From an uncultured bacterium (GTDB taxonomy: Bacteria; Caldisericota; Caldisericia; JAAYUI01), in contig CBDUSO010000002.1 in NCBI GenBank assembly GCA_965370295.1, forward strand, positions 28,990 through 92,989: DNA of 64,000 bases, in the 5' to 3' direction. Of this stretch, positions 44,438-53,555 are shown one piece after another. A program made the position numbers and the translations under genes. The first letter of the stretch is position 1, and each line of letters starts with the position of its first letter. A model generated the notes under the pieces. That model made no database searches and was not told the origin of the DNA. It worked only from the letters and a program-made list of their open reading frames with translations.

Positions 44438-47404
44438 ATGAAGCATCTCATAATAACAATTCTGATTCTGGTACTTATAACTGGTGGAATCACAAACCCA
44501 ACAGGTGATGTCAAAGGAAATGACAACGAACCCAAGCCATGGCCCCAATATGCAGGAAACGCCGCCCACACCTCGGTTGCATTTGATACCTGGGACTATG
44601 AAAAATATGATGAAGTTGCCTGGGAGATGACCCTGAAAACAAACCGTGGATGGAACAGAAATCCTGTTATCGGCATGGGTATGATGGTGATTGGTGATAC
44701 TCGATATGTTAGATGCGTGGATGTCATTTCTGGCAAGCAAACATGGAGCCTGGAACTCTCACAGCCATGCGTAGAATCCTGCACAATGCTGGGAGATATT
44801 GTTGTTGTCCCACTTCAGGAACGATATTTGGGTCTCTCGATGGCAACTGGTGAAATCAAATGGTATGGCTCAAGCGGAGATAGCAAAATGTCATCAATCT
44901 CAGCACTTAAAAAAGGAGAGGAGATTTATGGTTATTTTGCCTCATATTCAAAAAATGGTGCGGTTTACAGGGTGCGACTAGACCCCCCAAAATCCAGCTG
45001 GAGAATCGGGAATGAATGGGCTGTGGTTGGTGCTCCCGGTGTAAATGATCGCAAGGGATACGTTGGTATGGCAGGTCATTACAAAGTCAAACTGCTCGCC
45101 GAAGGATATGGCGGAATGAAAGAAGACTACGAGATTTCAACCCAGTTCTGGGCTCCAACGGTTGCATTTGGCGACCACATGGTTTTCACGGCATCCGGTG
45201 GTGAAATAATAGTTTTACCAAAACCACCATCTGCAAGTTCTGAACAAATCATTGATGTCGGTGCCTGGTGCTTCCACGGACCCTCTGTTTATGGTGAGAG
45301 TCTGGTGATTGGAAATGACAGCAAACGTCTTGTCAGATTCAAAATTAATGGTGAAATAATCTGGGATGTCCAGATGCCAGGAAAGGTGACCGATGCAGTA
45401 ACTGTGATGGGTGATGAACTCCTTGTCCCGGTTGCAAGCTCTGACCCTGAAATTGCTGGTGTATACATTGTTTCCGGTGAAACTGGTGAAACCACAAAAA
45501 AGATTCTCTTTGGTGAAGGAGCAGAAAATGTTTATCAGCCAGTGGTTGCCTGGAAGCGAATGTTTGTTGAGTTTGGAAGCAACGAAAAATATCGCAATCG
45601 AAAACTTTTCTGCTACGGTCAAAAACCAAGACCAACCGAGCTTGAACCAAAGCTTCGTGTGAAGGATGGCAGGTTGAATGTCAGCATTCCATGGCGTGGA
45701 AAAACCACAAAACAAGTAACTCTCATAAACGAAGGTAAAGTTGATCTCGACCTTTTATTTTTAGGGGATACTTTTATGTCTGCATCGGTTGAAACACTGA
45801 ATATTCCAGCAGGGCAAGAGGACACCCTGCGAGTTGTGGTGAGTGCTGGAAATGTCCGACCGGGAAAATATTCTGGAAAGCTCGACATCTTCATCATGGA
45901 TGGTGAATATGGCAGACGTAGTCTGGGTTTTGTAACCGCTGACATCACAGTTACCGAGGAAGAGGAAGAAGAACCCCAGGATGAACCACCAAATCCACCA
46001 ACAGATGTAACTGCCACCTGGCTCTATGACCATGTTGAACTCAACTGGACAAAGCCAGCGTCTGGGGCAGAGGTTGTTGGATACGACCTCTACAAAACAA
46101 AGGGTGATGAGCCATTCTCAAAAACTCCAGTAAACAAAACAAAAATAAAAGAAACAAGCACACAAGATGCTGAGGTAATACCCGGAAAAACTTACAAATA
46201 TCGTGTTGTCTCGGTTGCGGGCGGACAGCTCTATTCTGACCCATCCGAATCTGTGAGCATCAGCATTCCTCTGAAATTAAAAGCGGTCACCAACCTGAAA
46301 GCAGAAAAAAATGGAGCAGACATAATTCTTTCATGGAGCTCTGAGCAGGAAGTAAAATTCAAAATTGAATGTAACGGTGAAGAGATTGGAAGAACCTCTG
46401 ACAAAACTTTTACCCATGAAAACCCGCCAAAAACCCAGCTCATCTACAAAGTTTTTCCACTGTATGATGGAAAAATTGGACCTGAGGCATACATCATTGT
46501 CGACAACAAACCGGGTGAGGTGAAACCTGTAACCGAGTTGAAATCTCAACAGTTGGGTGATTCAGTTTTGCTGGTTTGGAGCCATGAAGGTGGTGCTGAA
46601 TATGAAATCAGCAGGAATGGTACAAAAATCGGGGATACTTCAGAGCTCTACTACAAAGACAACAACCCACCAAAGAAAAAACTGACATATGAAGTGGTCG
46701 CAAAGATTGGCACAGTCAGGAGTTCTGGTGTCAGCATTGAGGTAAATCTTGCTCCCTCTCTGGTCGAAATAAAAGGCTTGAACACTGATGTTGGCAAGAG
46801 TTCTATTCTGCTCTACTGGCAAGGAACCCAGGATGGTGTTGAGTTTGTTATCTTGAGAAACGATGTTGAGATTGGAAGAACCTCCGAACCATTTTTCACA
46901 GATGACAAATTTAAAACCGGAAAGCTTCTTGTTTACACGGTTTATCCAACCCGTGATGGTGAGGACGGAATCAAAAAAATAGTTGAGGTTGACCTCAGAG
47001 CAAAGAAAGTTGAGGTGATTTTCACCATCGGAAAATCCACCGCTCGCGTGAATGGAATTGAGATGGACTGCAAGGGGACACCATTTGTTAGCAGTGCGGG
47101 AAGGTCAATGGTTCCTTTCAGATTCCTTGGTGAATCGATTGGAGCAAAGGTTGCATATACCACCAGCGAATCTGGGGGTGTAAAATCTGTGTCCTACATT
47201 TTGGGTGGTAAAATCATAATTCTCACAATCGGGTCTAAGATAGCAGATGTCGATGGTGAGATGGTTGAACTTGATGTTGGTCCCATGATTCGAGAGGGTC
47301 GAACTTATGTTCCACTTCGTTTTGTCACAGAAGCTCTTGGGGCAAAGGTTGCGTGGAATTCGATGACAAGATCAGCAACCATCACGATTGCTATGGCACC
47401 ATAA
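44438..47404 (+). CDS. Secreted PQQ-like beta-propeller + Ig + four Fn3-like repeats + stalk domain protein
   Basis: SD AAGGAGGAG before ATG 44438; signal peptide; WPQYAGNAAHT and SGKQTW/TGEIKW propeller motifs; xNGxxIGxTS repeats; GRSMVPFRFLGE and GRTYVPLRFVTEALGA. Confidence 0.85.
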   Translation: MKHLIITILILVLITGGITNPTGDVKGNDNEPKPWPQYAGNAAHTSVAFDTWDYEKYDEVAWEMTLKTNRGWNRNPVIGMGMMVIGDTRYVRCVDVISGKQTWSLELSQPCVESCTMLGDIVVVPLQERYLGLSMATGEIKWYGSSGDSKMSSISALKKGEEIYGYFASYSKNGAVYRVRLDPPKSSWRIGNEWAVVGAPGVNDRKGYVGMAGHYKVKLLAEGYGGMKEDYEISTQFWAPTVAFGDHMVFTASGGEIIVLPKPPSASSEQIIDVGAWCFHGPSVYGESLVIGNDSKRLVRFKINGEIIWDVQMPGKVTDAVTVMGDELLVPVASSDPEIAGVYIVSGETGETTKKILFGEGAENVYQPVVAWKRMFVEFGSNEKYRNRKLFCYGQKPRPTELEPKLRVKDGRLNVSIPWRGKTTKQVTLINEGKVDLDLLFLGDTFMSASVETLNIPAGQEDTLRVVVSAGNVRPGKYSGKLDIFIMDGEYGRRSLGFVTADITVTEEEEEEPQDEPPNPPTDVTATWLYDHVELNWTKPASGAEVVGYDLYKTKGDEPFSKTPVNKTKIKETSTQDAEVIPGKTYKYRVVSVAGGQLYSDPSESVSISIPLKLKAVTNLKAEKNGADIILSWSSEQEVKFKIECNGEEIGRTSDKTFTHENPPKTQLIYKVFPLYDGKIGPEAYIIVDNKPGEVKPVTELKSQQLGDSVLLVWSHEGGAEYEISRNGTKIGDTSELYYKDNNPPKKKLTYEVVAKIGTVRSSGVSIEVNLAPSLVEIKGLNTDVGKSSILLYWQGTQDGVEFVILRNDVEIGRTSEPFFTDDKFKTGKLLVYTVYPTRDGEDGIKKIVEVDLRAKKVEVIFTIGKSTARVNGIEMDCKGTPFVSSAGRSMVPFRFLGESIGAKVAYTTSESGGVKSVSYILGGKIIILTIGSKIADVDGEMVELDVGPMIREGRTYVPLRFVTEALGAKVAWNSMTRSATITIAMAP

Positions 47405-47416
47405 AGGAGGATGGAT

Positions 47417-47542
47417 ATGTTACACATTCCAGTTATTCTACTAGGTATCGGTATTATATGTCTTGGTTTTAGCCTTTTGCAAAAAGAAAAGGAAATAAAG
47501 AAAATCAAAACAAGGCTTGATGAACTGGAAAATAATCGTTAA
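47417..47542 (+). CDS. 41-aa microprotein (TM helix + charged coiled-coil), not in ORF track
   Basis: AAGGAGG-6 nt-ATG; MLHIPVILLGIGIICLGFSLLQKEKEIKKIKTRLDELENNR*. Confidence 0.7.
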   Translation: MLHIPVILLGIGIICLGFSLLQKEKEIKKIKTRLDELENNR

Positions 47543-47563
47543 GCCTGCACAAGGAGGTAGTAG

Positions 47564-47698
47564 ATGGATAAATCAAATTGCTTGATATACGTTTGTGTGA
47601 TTCTTCTCGGAATATGTCTTTTGAAAAAAGAAAACGAACTTCAGAAAACCCGGAAACAGCTTGAAGCTCTTGAAAAAGAGTTGGAAGGTTCAGAATAA
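47564..47698 (+). CDS. 44-aa microprotein (TM helix + charged coiled-coil), paralog of the previous, not in ORF track
   Basis: AAGGAGGT-5 nt-ATG; MDKSNCLIYVCVILLGICLLKKENELQKTRKQLEALEKELEGSE*. Confidence 0.7.
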   Translation: MDKSNCLIYVCVILLGICLLKKENELQKTRKQLEALEKELEGSE

Positions 47699-47707
47699 AC
47701 ATAAATC

Positions 47708-47781
47708 GTAGGGAACGCAGATCTGCGTTCCCTACACAGCATGATCAATCGCGTAGGGGCGGGTTTCAAACCCGCCCCTAC
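47708..47781. repeat. Two tandem GTAG-type REP-like palindromes (family B)
   Basis: GTAGGGAACGCAGATCTGCGTTCCCTAC (47708-47735) and GTAGGGGCGGGTTTCAAACCCGCCCCTAC (47753-47781), between convergent genes. Confidence 0.85.
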
Positions 47782-47796
47782 ATAAACAAATCCCTA

Positions 47797-48798
47797 CTAA
47801 AATACTTCTGGTGGTGGAGTTTTCCCCGCTTCAAAATCCTTACGATATTCCGCATTAACCCTGATGATTCCAGATGTCGGAACAATCTTCACACCACGTT
47901 TTTCAAATTCATCAAGTAAAATATTCACACCCACCGAATCAGATGCCATATGCCCAATGTTCACAACATTGAGATGATGCTTTTTTGCTTCCTCGACATG
48001 ATCCTTTGGAATATGCATCACGACAAGTGTGCCAATTCCTTCATCCGCAAGATGTTTGTAGATACCCTTTGAGCCAGTGGTTCCACCCGTCATGGAAACT
48101 CTGATCTTGCCACAAGTCCTCTTCTTGTCGCCATTTTCAATCTTGACGGGAAGCCCCTTCAATCTGGCAAGGTGATATTCAGGAATCTCATGGATGATAT
48201 CAACAAGCTCGCCAACGGTCTCTGGATTTTTCTCGTCAAGAAGTTTTGTCAGGAACGTCTGGACACAATTATCAGCTGGAGAATGGAGTGAAACGAGAGG
48301 AATATTCAAGAGTCTTGCGGCATTTGCTGTTCGATAATGGTTTGCCGGATAGATTCGCTCAGCAACTTCGTTTGCACGAGGAATCACCAGGTCTTCGGCG
48401 ATATTTACTGTTACTCCCGCAAGCCCAAGTAATCCAGTCTGAATCAACATCAATTCAGAGAGTCCAACCATCCCCCGTCCACCCGGATGATGGGAGATTA
48501 CCGCATCAATCTTCTCACCTTTTTCACCAAGTCTGTCTGCCAGAAGCAACTCGCTGGTATCAATATCAACTCCAACAAGGACTGATTTTACCTCGGTTTC
48601 AAGATCACCAAACTGAATTCTGGAGTCTGCATATGGATTCCAGAGTTTGTCTTTGTCAAAGAATGGTTTGTCTTTTTCATCCATCTCTTCAAAATCTTTT
48701 CTGGCTTTTTTTATCAGCTTTTCCGGTGCAGAAATTCCTCTTGGGTCATTCTTCATGCCAACTTGCACGCCAAGCCTGTATAGCTCTTCAAATTTCAT
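47797..48798 (-). CDS. Nif3-like (NGG1p-interacting factor) dinuclear metal protein
   Basis: NPYADSRI, LVGVDID, ISHHPGG, HSPADN, MTGGTTG, GHMASDSVGVN. Confidence 0.85.
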   Translation of the reverse strand: MKFEELYRLGVQVGMKNDPRGISAPEKLIKKARKDFEEMDEKDKPFFDKDKLWNPYADSRIQFGDLETEVKSVLVGVDIDTSELLLADRLGEKGEKIDAVISHHPGGRGMVGLSELMLIQTGLLGLAGVTVNIAEDLVIPRANEVAERIYPANHYRTANAARLLNIPLVSLHSPADNCVQTFLTKLLDEKNPETVGELVDIIHEIPEYHLARLKGLPVKIENGDKKRTCGKIRVSMTGGTTGSKGIYKHLADEGIGTLVVMHIPKDHVEEAKKHHLNVVNIGHMASDSVGVNILLDEFEKRGVKIVPTSGIIRVNAEYRKDFEAGKTPPPEVF

Positions 48799-48879
48799 TG
48801 TTCATGTTCTCCTTTTTTTTAAAAGTCAGCTTCATTATAACAGTTGATTCAATCCGTATTCAAAACTATCCTTAACATT

Positions 48880-49671
48880 ATGAGAAAAAGTTGGATAACA
48901 TTAATGACAGTTTCAGTTCTGGTTTTGCTTGTTTCCTGTGGTGGCAACGTCACAAGTGAGGCAAAAATATATTTAGGATTTATTGCTACAGGTGAATTTG
49001 AACAGGCATACGAGGAACTTTCTCCAAGATTGCAAGAGAGCCTGGACTTTGATATTTTTAGCGATTATATGATCAACCCTGACAACAACGAGAGTGTTGC
49101 TGATTCTGGAATAGCATTCACAATTACCGGTGAGAGAATTTTTCCAGATGGGAAAACTGCATCTGCATACGGAACACTATCTATGGAGGGTGCAACTCAG
49201 AACTTCAGGATACCAATGAGTTTTGATGAGGACAGATGGTGGGTAAACGATGTTGTGGTTGAGCAGGAAGACTTGGAATATCCTGGATACTATGTCTCAC
49301 TGAGATTGCGTGGAGTTGCATTAGATTTTTTTGACTTGATGCTTGACGGAAAAATCGATGAGATGTGGGAACAAACCAGTAACAGGATTCACGAAGAGAT
49401 GACGATAGAAGATTATTCAGAACTCACAATCTCAACGGTTTCTGGGAAAACACCACGCGAAGAAGAGTACACAATAATGATCGGTGCAGCATACTCCAAC
49501 GAACCTGAATTCAAAAACAGAGAAACAATTATGTCTGGATTTGCGTTTGTCACAATCATACTTGGCAACCCGGAAACATCAGAAACAACTGCCAACACCA
49601 GGGCGGATTTTGTTTTTGAAGATGGTATATGGAAAGCAGATTTTGCAAAACTTGAAGCGACTGAAGAGTAA
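48880..49671 (+). CDS. Lipoprotein with two NTF2-like/DUF4878-like domains
   Basis: Lipobox LVSC; repeated GEFEQAYEELS..EDRWWV and GKIDEMWEQTS..EDGIWK; start after TTGATT-17-TATCCT-7 nt. Confidence 0.7.
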   Translation: MRKSWITLMTVSVLVLLVSCGGNVTSEAKIYLGFIATGEFEQAYEELSPRLQESLDFDIFSDYMINPDNNESVADSGIAFTITGERIFPDGKTASAYGTLSMEGATQNFRIPMSFDEDRWWVNDVVVEQEDLEYPGYYVSLRLRGVALDFFDLMLDGKIDEMWEQTSNRIHEEMTIEDYSELTISTVSGKTPREEEYTIMIGAAYSNEPEFKNRETIMSGFAFVTIILGNPETSETTANTRADFVFEDGIWKADFAKLEATEE

Positions 49672-50090
49672 AAAAATCCATGCTTTGAGAATAATTTGCA
49701 TCTAACGTCATAATCCAATTTTCCTATTATTTCCATGCCCATGATTACTGTTCTTTGATGCAGTATGCCTTAGCAATATTATTCTGTGGATGCCAAATAT
49801 CTAATTTCTGATTTTTTGAACCCCTATTTTCGGTTTTTCTTCGGTTTTAGTTCCAACTATGGTTATATTGTTAATTTACATTATATTAAAGATTCTGTCC
49901 AAAAATATTATTCTGCGTTTATGTCGTTTATCAATCTCGACAAACTGCTTTGCTATCAACTACTGCATTAATGATGTTTTTTTATCTACCAGTCATGTAC
50001 AAAAAAGTTGTATAATCATGAACAAATTTGTAAAGTTTCAAATTCATAACAGGTTGCAATTGTCCAAAGTAGCACTATATTTTATTTGCG

Positions 50091-51209
50091 ATGAAAAGAA
50101 TGCTAGCGATTACGGTGGTGTGCATGTTGCTTATCGTGCAGATGGGGACTTCACCTGCACATGCTTTTACAGGCACAACAAATCTGATGGGCTATATTGA
50201 AAATATCGACATTGGCAACCTTACCCTAGTTGTTGATGGGGAAAGTATTGAAATAACTCCCAATATCAGCGTTGAAACCCTCTCTGGTGGCAACAAGACA
50301 ATCTTTGATTTACGTGTAAATCAATTTGTCAATATCAGGGTAATCTCGTATGGTAAGAGCTGGAAAGCGAGTAAAATAAAACTGATCGACAAGAAATATG
50401 TCAAATCAATCACGAGCTATGTTTCCCGTTTTGAAAAAAATATACTCACTCTTGGAAACGGTCAAAAATATACTGTTCCAGATAAACCGAAAATTATTGG
50501 TTTCAACAAATTTGAACAGGATATGATGATCAGGATTGATGGATATGTTTCAAGTGGAAGACTGAACATCTGGCGATTTGTCGCACCCTACAACGAACGC
50601 GACGAAGACTACTCCTTTTGTGGGGAACTCACAGACTTCCAGGAAGACAAACTCATAATTGATTCTCGGGTGATAATACACTTTGAAGAAATAGCAATGT
50701 GGGACGAGATGGGTTGGAGGGTGTCAGACATAAACCCTGAGCCCGGCATGACATTGCGGATTACATGTGATGTCCAATCAAATCTTTTATTTGCCAAAAA
50801 ATTCGAGCTTTTTGAATCAATTCAGCTCAAGCTCAAAGATAATTCAGATATCGCAATAATAAACAAACAAAAAGTGACACTTGCACACTCAATCACAAAC
50901 ATCGATGATCTTACACTTGTCCCAATAAAATCAATCTTCGAAATCTGTGGTCTCGATCTTTTTGTTGATAAAAAAAACAATCAACTGTCATCCGTCATTG
51001 ATGGCATCAACATTTCCTACAACATGGCTACGGGTGAATTATTCGAGGAAAACAATTCTATTAAAATCTTAGAAAAACATGGCTTTACCAAAATAGATGA
51101 TGAATACATGGTTCCTCTTCGAGCGTTTGCATTTTTATTTTGTAGAAATGACTACATCAGATACCCACTCCTTCAGGACAAAGATGAAGTTGTGTTTTTC
51201 CGTTATTGA
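50091..51209 (+). CDS. Secreted protein with three DUF5666-like OB-fold repeats and a divergent stalk domain
   Basis: Signal peptide ending PAHA; repeats such as GYIENI..LVVDG..WKASKIK and GELTDF..LIID..LFAKKFE; TLVPIKSIFE and YMVPLRAF. Confidence 0.65.
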   Translation: MKRMLAITVVCMLLIVQMGTSPAHAFTGTTNLMGYIENIDIGNLTLVVDGESIEITPNISVETLSGGNKTIFDLRVNQFVNIRVISYGKSWKASKIKLIDKKYVKSITSYVSRFEKNILTLGNGQKYTVPDKPKIIGFNKFEQDMMIRIDGYVSSGRLNIWRFVAPYNERDEDYSFCGELTDFQEDKLIIDSRVIIHFEEIAMWDEMGWRVSDINPEPGMTLRITCDVQSNLLFAKKFELFESIQLKLKDNSDIAIINKQKVTLAHSITNIDDLTLVPIKSIFEICGLDLFVDKKNNQLSSVIDGINISYNMATGELFEENNSIKILEKHGFTKIDDEYMVPLRAFAFLFCRNDYIRYPLLQDKDEVVFFRY

Positions 51210-51240
51210 CACCAGCCAATAACCAACCATCATATCAGTC

Positions 51241-52473
51241 ATGAACATTTCAATTATTGCAGTTGGAAATGAAGTTTTGTTTGGTGTGATAAAAAACACG
51301 ACAACTCCCTGGCTACTTTCCTCGCTTGTATCAATTGGACACGAACCCGTTATCACCACGGTTGTTCCAGATTCTATTTCAAAAATCCATGATGCTCTCA
51401 GTATTTCTATGAAGGTTTCCGACATGGTAATTCTCACTGGCGGACTTGGCCCAACACCTGATGACCTCACAAAAAATGCGGTCGCCCAATTTCTTGGGCT
51501 ACCTATGATCCATTCCAAAACCGCAGAAAAACAAATTCTAGAATTTTTCAAAAAAAGAAAATTGCGAATGCCTAAATCAAATTTGAACCAGGCAATGATT
51601 CCTAAAGGCTCTGAACTCCTGAAAAATATTGTTGGCACAGCCCCTGGTATCAAAATCTTATCTGGTGAAAAAACAATAATTCTTCTCCCAGGTCCTCCCC
51701 GTGAACTTGAGCCAATGTGGAATAATGAGGTTCTTCCAACCCTGAAAACAAACTCAAAACTTTTCACCAAAGATTTTTTTGTGCTCGGAATGAGTGAATC
51801 CAAGATGACTGATATTCTCGGTTCAATCCTCAGCAACACCGATGAACCCACGGTTGCTCCGTATGCAAGCCTTGGTCAGATTCGACTCAGAATCTCTGCT
51901 CACGCAAAGACTACAAATGATTTTGAAAATAAAATATCTCAGCTCCAAAATAAATTGGGGACACTTTTGAAAGGGTTTCTTTTTCCCAAACCAGCACAAG
52001 AAACCCTCACCGAAATTCTCAAAAAAAAGAATCTCACAATCTCGACTGCCGAATCTTGTACCGGCGGATTGATCGCAAAAACCCTCACCGATATTCCTGG
52101 AGTCTCGGAAACTTTCATGGGGAGTGCCGTGACATATTCCAACCAGGCAAAAATGGATATCCTTGGAGTTTCAGAAAAAACTCTTGAGCAGTTTGGAGCG
52201 GTATCTGCAGAAGTTGCCCGTGAAATGGTAACGGATGCCAGAAAAATTTTCAATTCTGATGTTGCAATTTCCACCACAGGAATTGCAGGACCAACAGGCG
52301 GAACAGACGAAAAACCTGTCGGATTGGTTTACATGGGAGTATCCACCCCAGAAAAAACAGAGATTTTTAGAGAAGTTTTTCACGGGAATCGGGCAGACAT
52401 TCGTCAGATGAGCATGATGAGGGCTTTTTGGAGGATGATAAAAATACTCCATGAAGGCAAGGAACAAACATGA
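51241..52473 (+). CDS. cinA: Competence/damage-inducible protein A (MoCF-like + NMN deamidase)
   Basis: IAVGNEVLFG, TGGLGPTPDDLT, LPGPPRE, TAESCTGGLI, TTGIAGPTGG. Confidence 0.95.
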   Translation: MNISIIAVGNEVLFGVIKNTTTPWLLSSLVSIGHEPVITTVVPDSISKIHDALSISMKVSDMVILTGGLGPTPDDLTKNAVAQFLGLPMIHSKTAEKQILEFFKKRKLRMPKSNLNQAMIPKGSELLKNIVGTAPGIKILSGEKTIILLPGPPRELEPMWNNEVLPTLKTNSKLFTKDFFVLGMSESKMTDILGSILSNTDEPTVAPYASLGQIRLRISAHAKTTNDFENKISQLQNKLGTLLKGFLFPKPAQETLTEILKKKNLTISTAESCTGGLIAKTLTDIPGVSETFMGSAVTYSNQAKMDILGVSEKTLEQFGAVSAEVAREMVTDARKIFNSDVAISTTGIAGPTGGTDEKPVGLVYMGVSTPEKTEIFREVFHGNRADIRQMSMMRAFWRMIKILHEGKEQT

Positions 52474-53537
52474 ACACTAGCAACATGGAGAATGCAATTT
52501 TAAGACTGAAAGATGCCCTAAATTTGTCAATGGCTGATACTGAAGTAAAAAACATAATCGAGTCAAGAGATGAGGTGGTTTCAAAATATGGTAATATTTT
52601 TAGACTAGAGAACATTGAAAAAATTAATTCTGATATATTCTACAGCTTTTTGCTTTTTAGCAACAACAAACATTGGGGTGGATTGTATCGTTCTGGAAAG
52701 CAGATCACAAACAATATGGATAAACTCAAAGCAGTGCTTTCCAAATTAATTGATGAAAGAATCCCAATTGCTGAAAGAATTAACTTTGTGCTCCCCCACG
52801 CAAAAGCGAGAGTTAAGGGTCTTGGAAAAGCAGTACTCACTGCCATCCTTCTTGTTTCACAACCCGAGAAGTATGGTGTTTGGAATTCAACCTCCGAGGG
52901 AGGGTTGAAGGAACTGAACCTTTGGCCAAATTTTGAACGTGGCGAATCAAATGGATCAAAATACGAAAAGATAAACTGGGTGTTGCTTGACCTCACGGAA
53001 AATCTCAAAGTAGATCTTTGGACTCTGGACGCCCTCTTTTGGTTTATCACTCAGCACTCCCCGGATATAGAAAAAACTGAATCATCTAAACCTCTTCTCA
53101 CACAGCAAAAATCAGAAATATTTGAAACTGAAAATAATTTCAGATTGGAGCAACAACTTCAAACCTTCCTCCATGAAAACTGGGAGAGAATAAAATACTT
53201 CAAGGACTGGGATATTTATGAGCGTGAAGGTGATGTTGTTGGGATAGAGTATAACACGAAAACTATTGGACGAATTGACATTCTTGCACACCACAAAACT
53301 GAATCCAGATGGCTAATAATTGAGCTGAAAAGGGGACAAACTTCAGATGATACCCTCGGACAGGTTCAAAGATACATGGGTTGGATAGCTGAAAAACTTG
53401 CAGAACCCAATGATTCTGTTGAAGGTCTGATTCTCGCTGGGAGTTTTACAGAGAAGCTACGTTATGGTTTAAAATTCTCCCGTGGTGTGAAACTCATGTC
53501 ATACCAAATTCACTTTGACTTGAAGACAGTTGAATGA
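52470..53537 (+). CDS. Protein with C-terminal NucS/DUF91-like PD-(D/E)XK nuclease and unknown N-terminal domain
   Basis: LEQQLQTFL, GRIDILA, IIELKRG, TLGQVQRYMGW; ATGA overlap with cinA. Confidence 0.85.
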   Translation: MNTSNMENAILRLKDALNLSMADTEVKNIIESRDEVVSKYGNIFRLENIEKINSDIFYSFLLFSNNKHWGGLYRSGKQITNNMDKLKAVLSKLIDERIPIAERINFVLPHAKARVKGLGKAVLTAILLVSQPEKYGVWNSTSEGGLKELNLWPNFERGESNGSKYEKINWVLLDLTENLKVDLWTLDALFWFITQHSPDIEKTESSKPLLTQQKSEIFETENNFRLEQQLQTFLHENWERIKYFKDWDIYEREGDVVGIEYNTKTIGRIDILAHHKTESRWLIIELKRGQTSDDTLGQVQRYMGWIAEKLAEPNDSVEGLILAGSFTEKLRYGLKFSRGVKLMSYQIHFDLKTVE

Positions 53538-53555
53538 TTTAGCTTCTAATCTGTA

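Noticed and set aside
49672-50090. ~420-bp AT-rich gap as an ncRNA or small-gene locus
   Set aside because: No convincing hairpin set, SD-led ORF or repeat was found
51135-51851. Long alternative-frame or antisense ORFs (e.g. 51135-51851, 34294-34980, 33392-33874, 48246-48875, 63603-63935)
   Set aside because: Fully overlap well-supported genes, lack motifs and start signals, and are explained by codon bias
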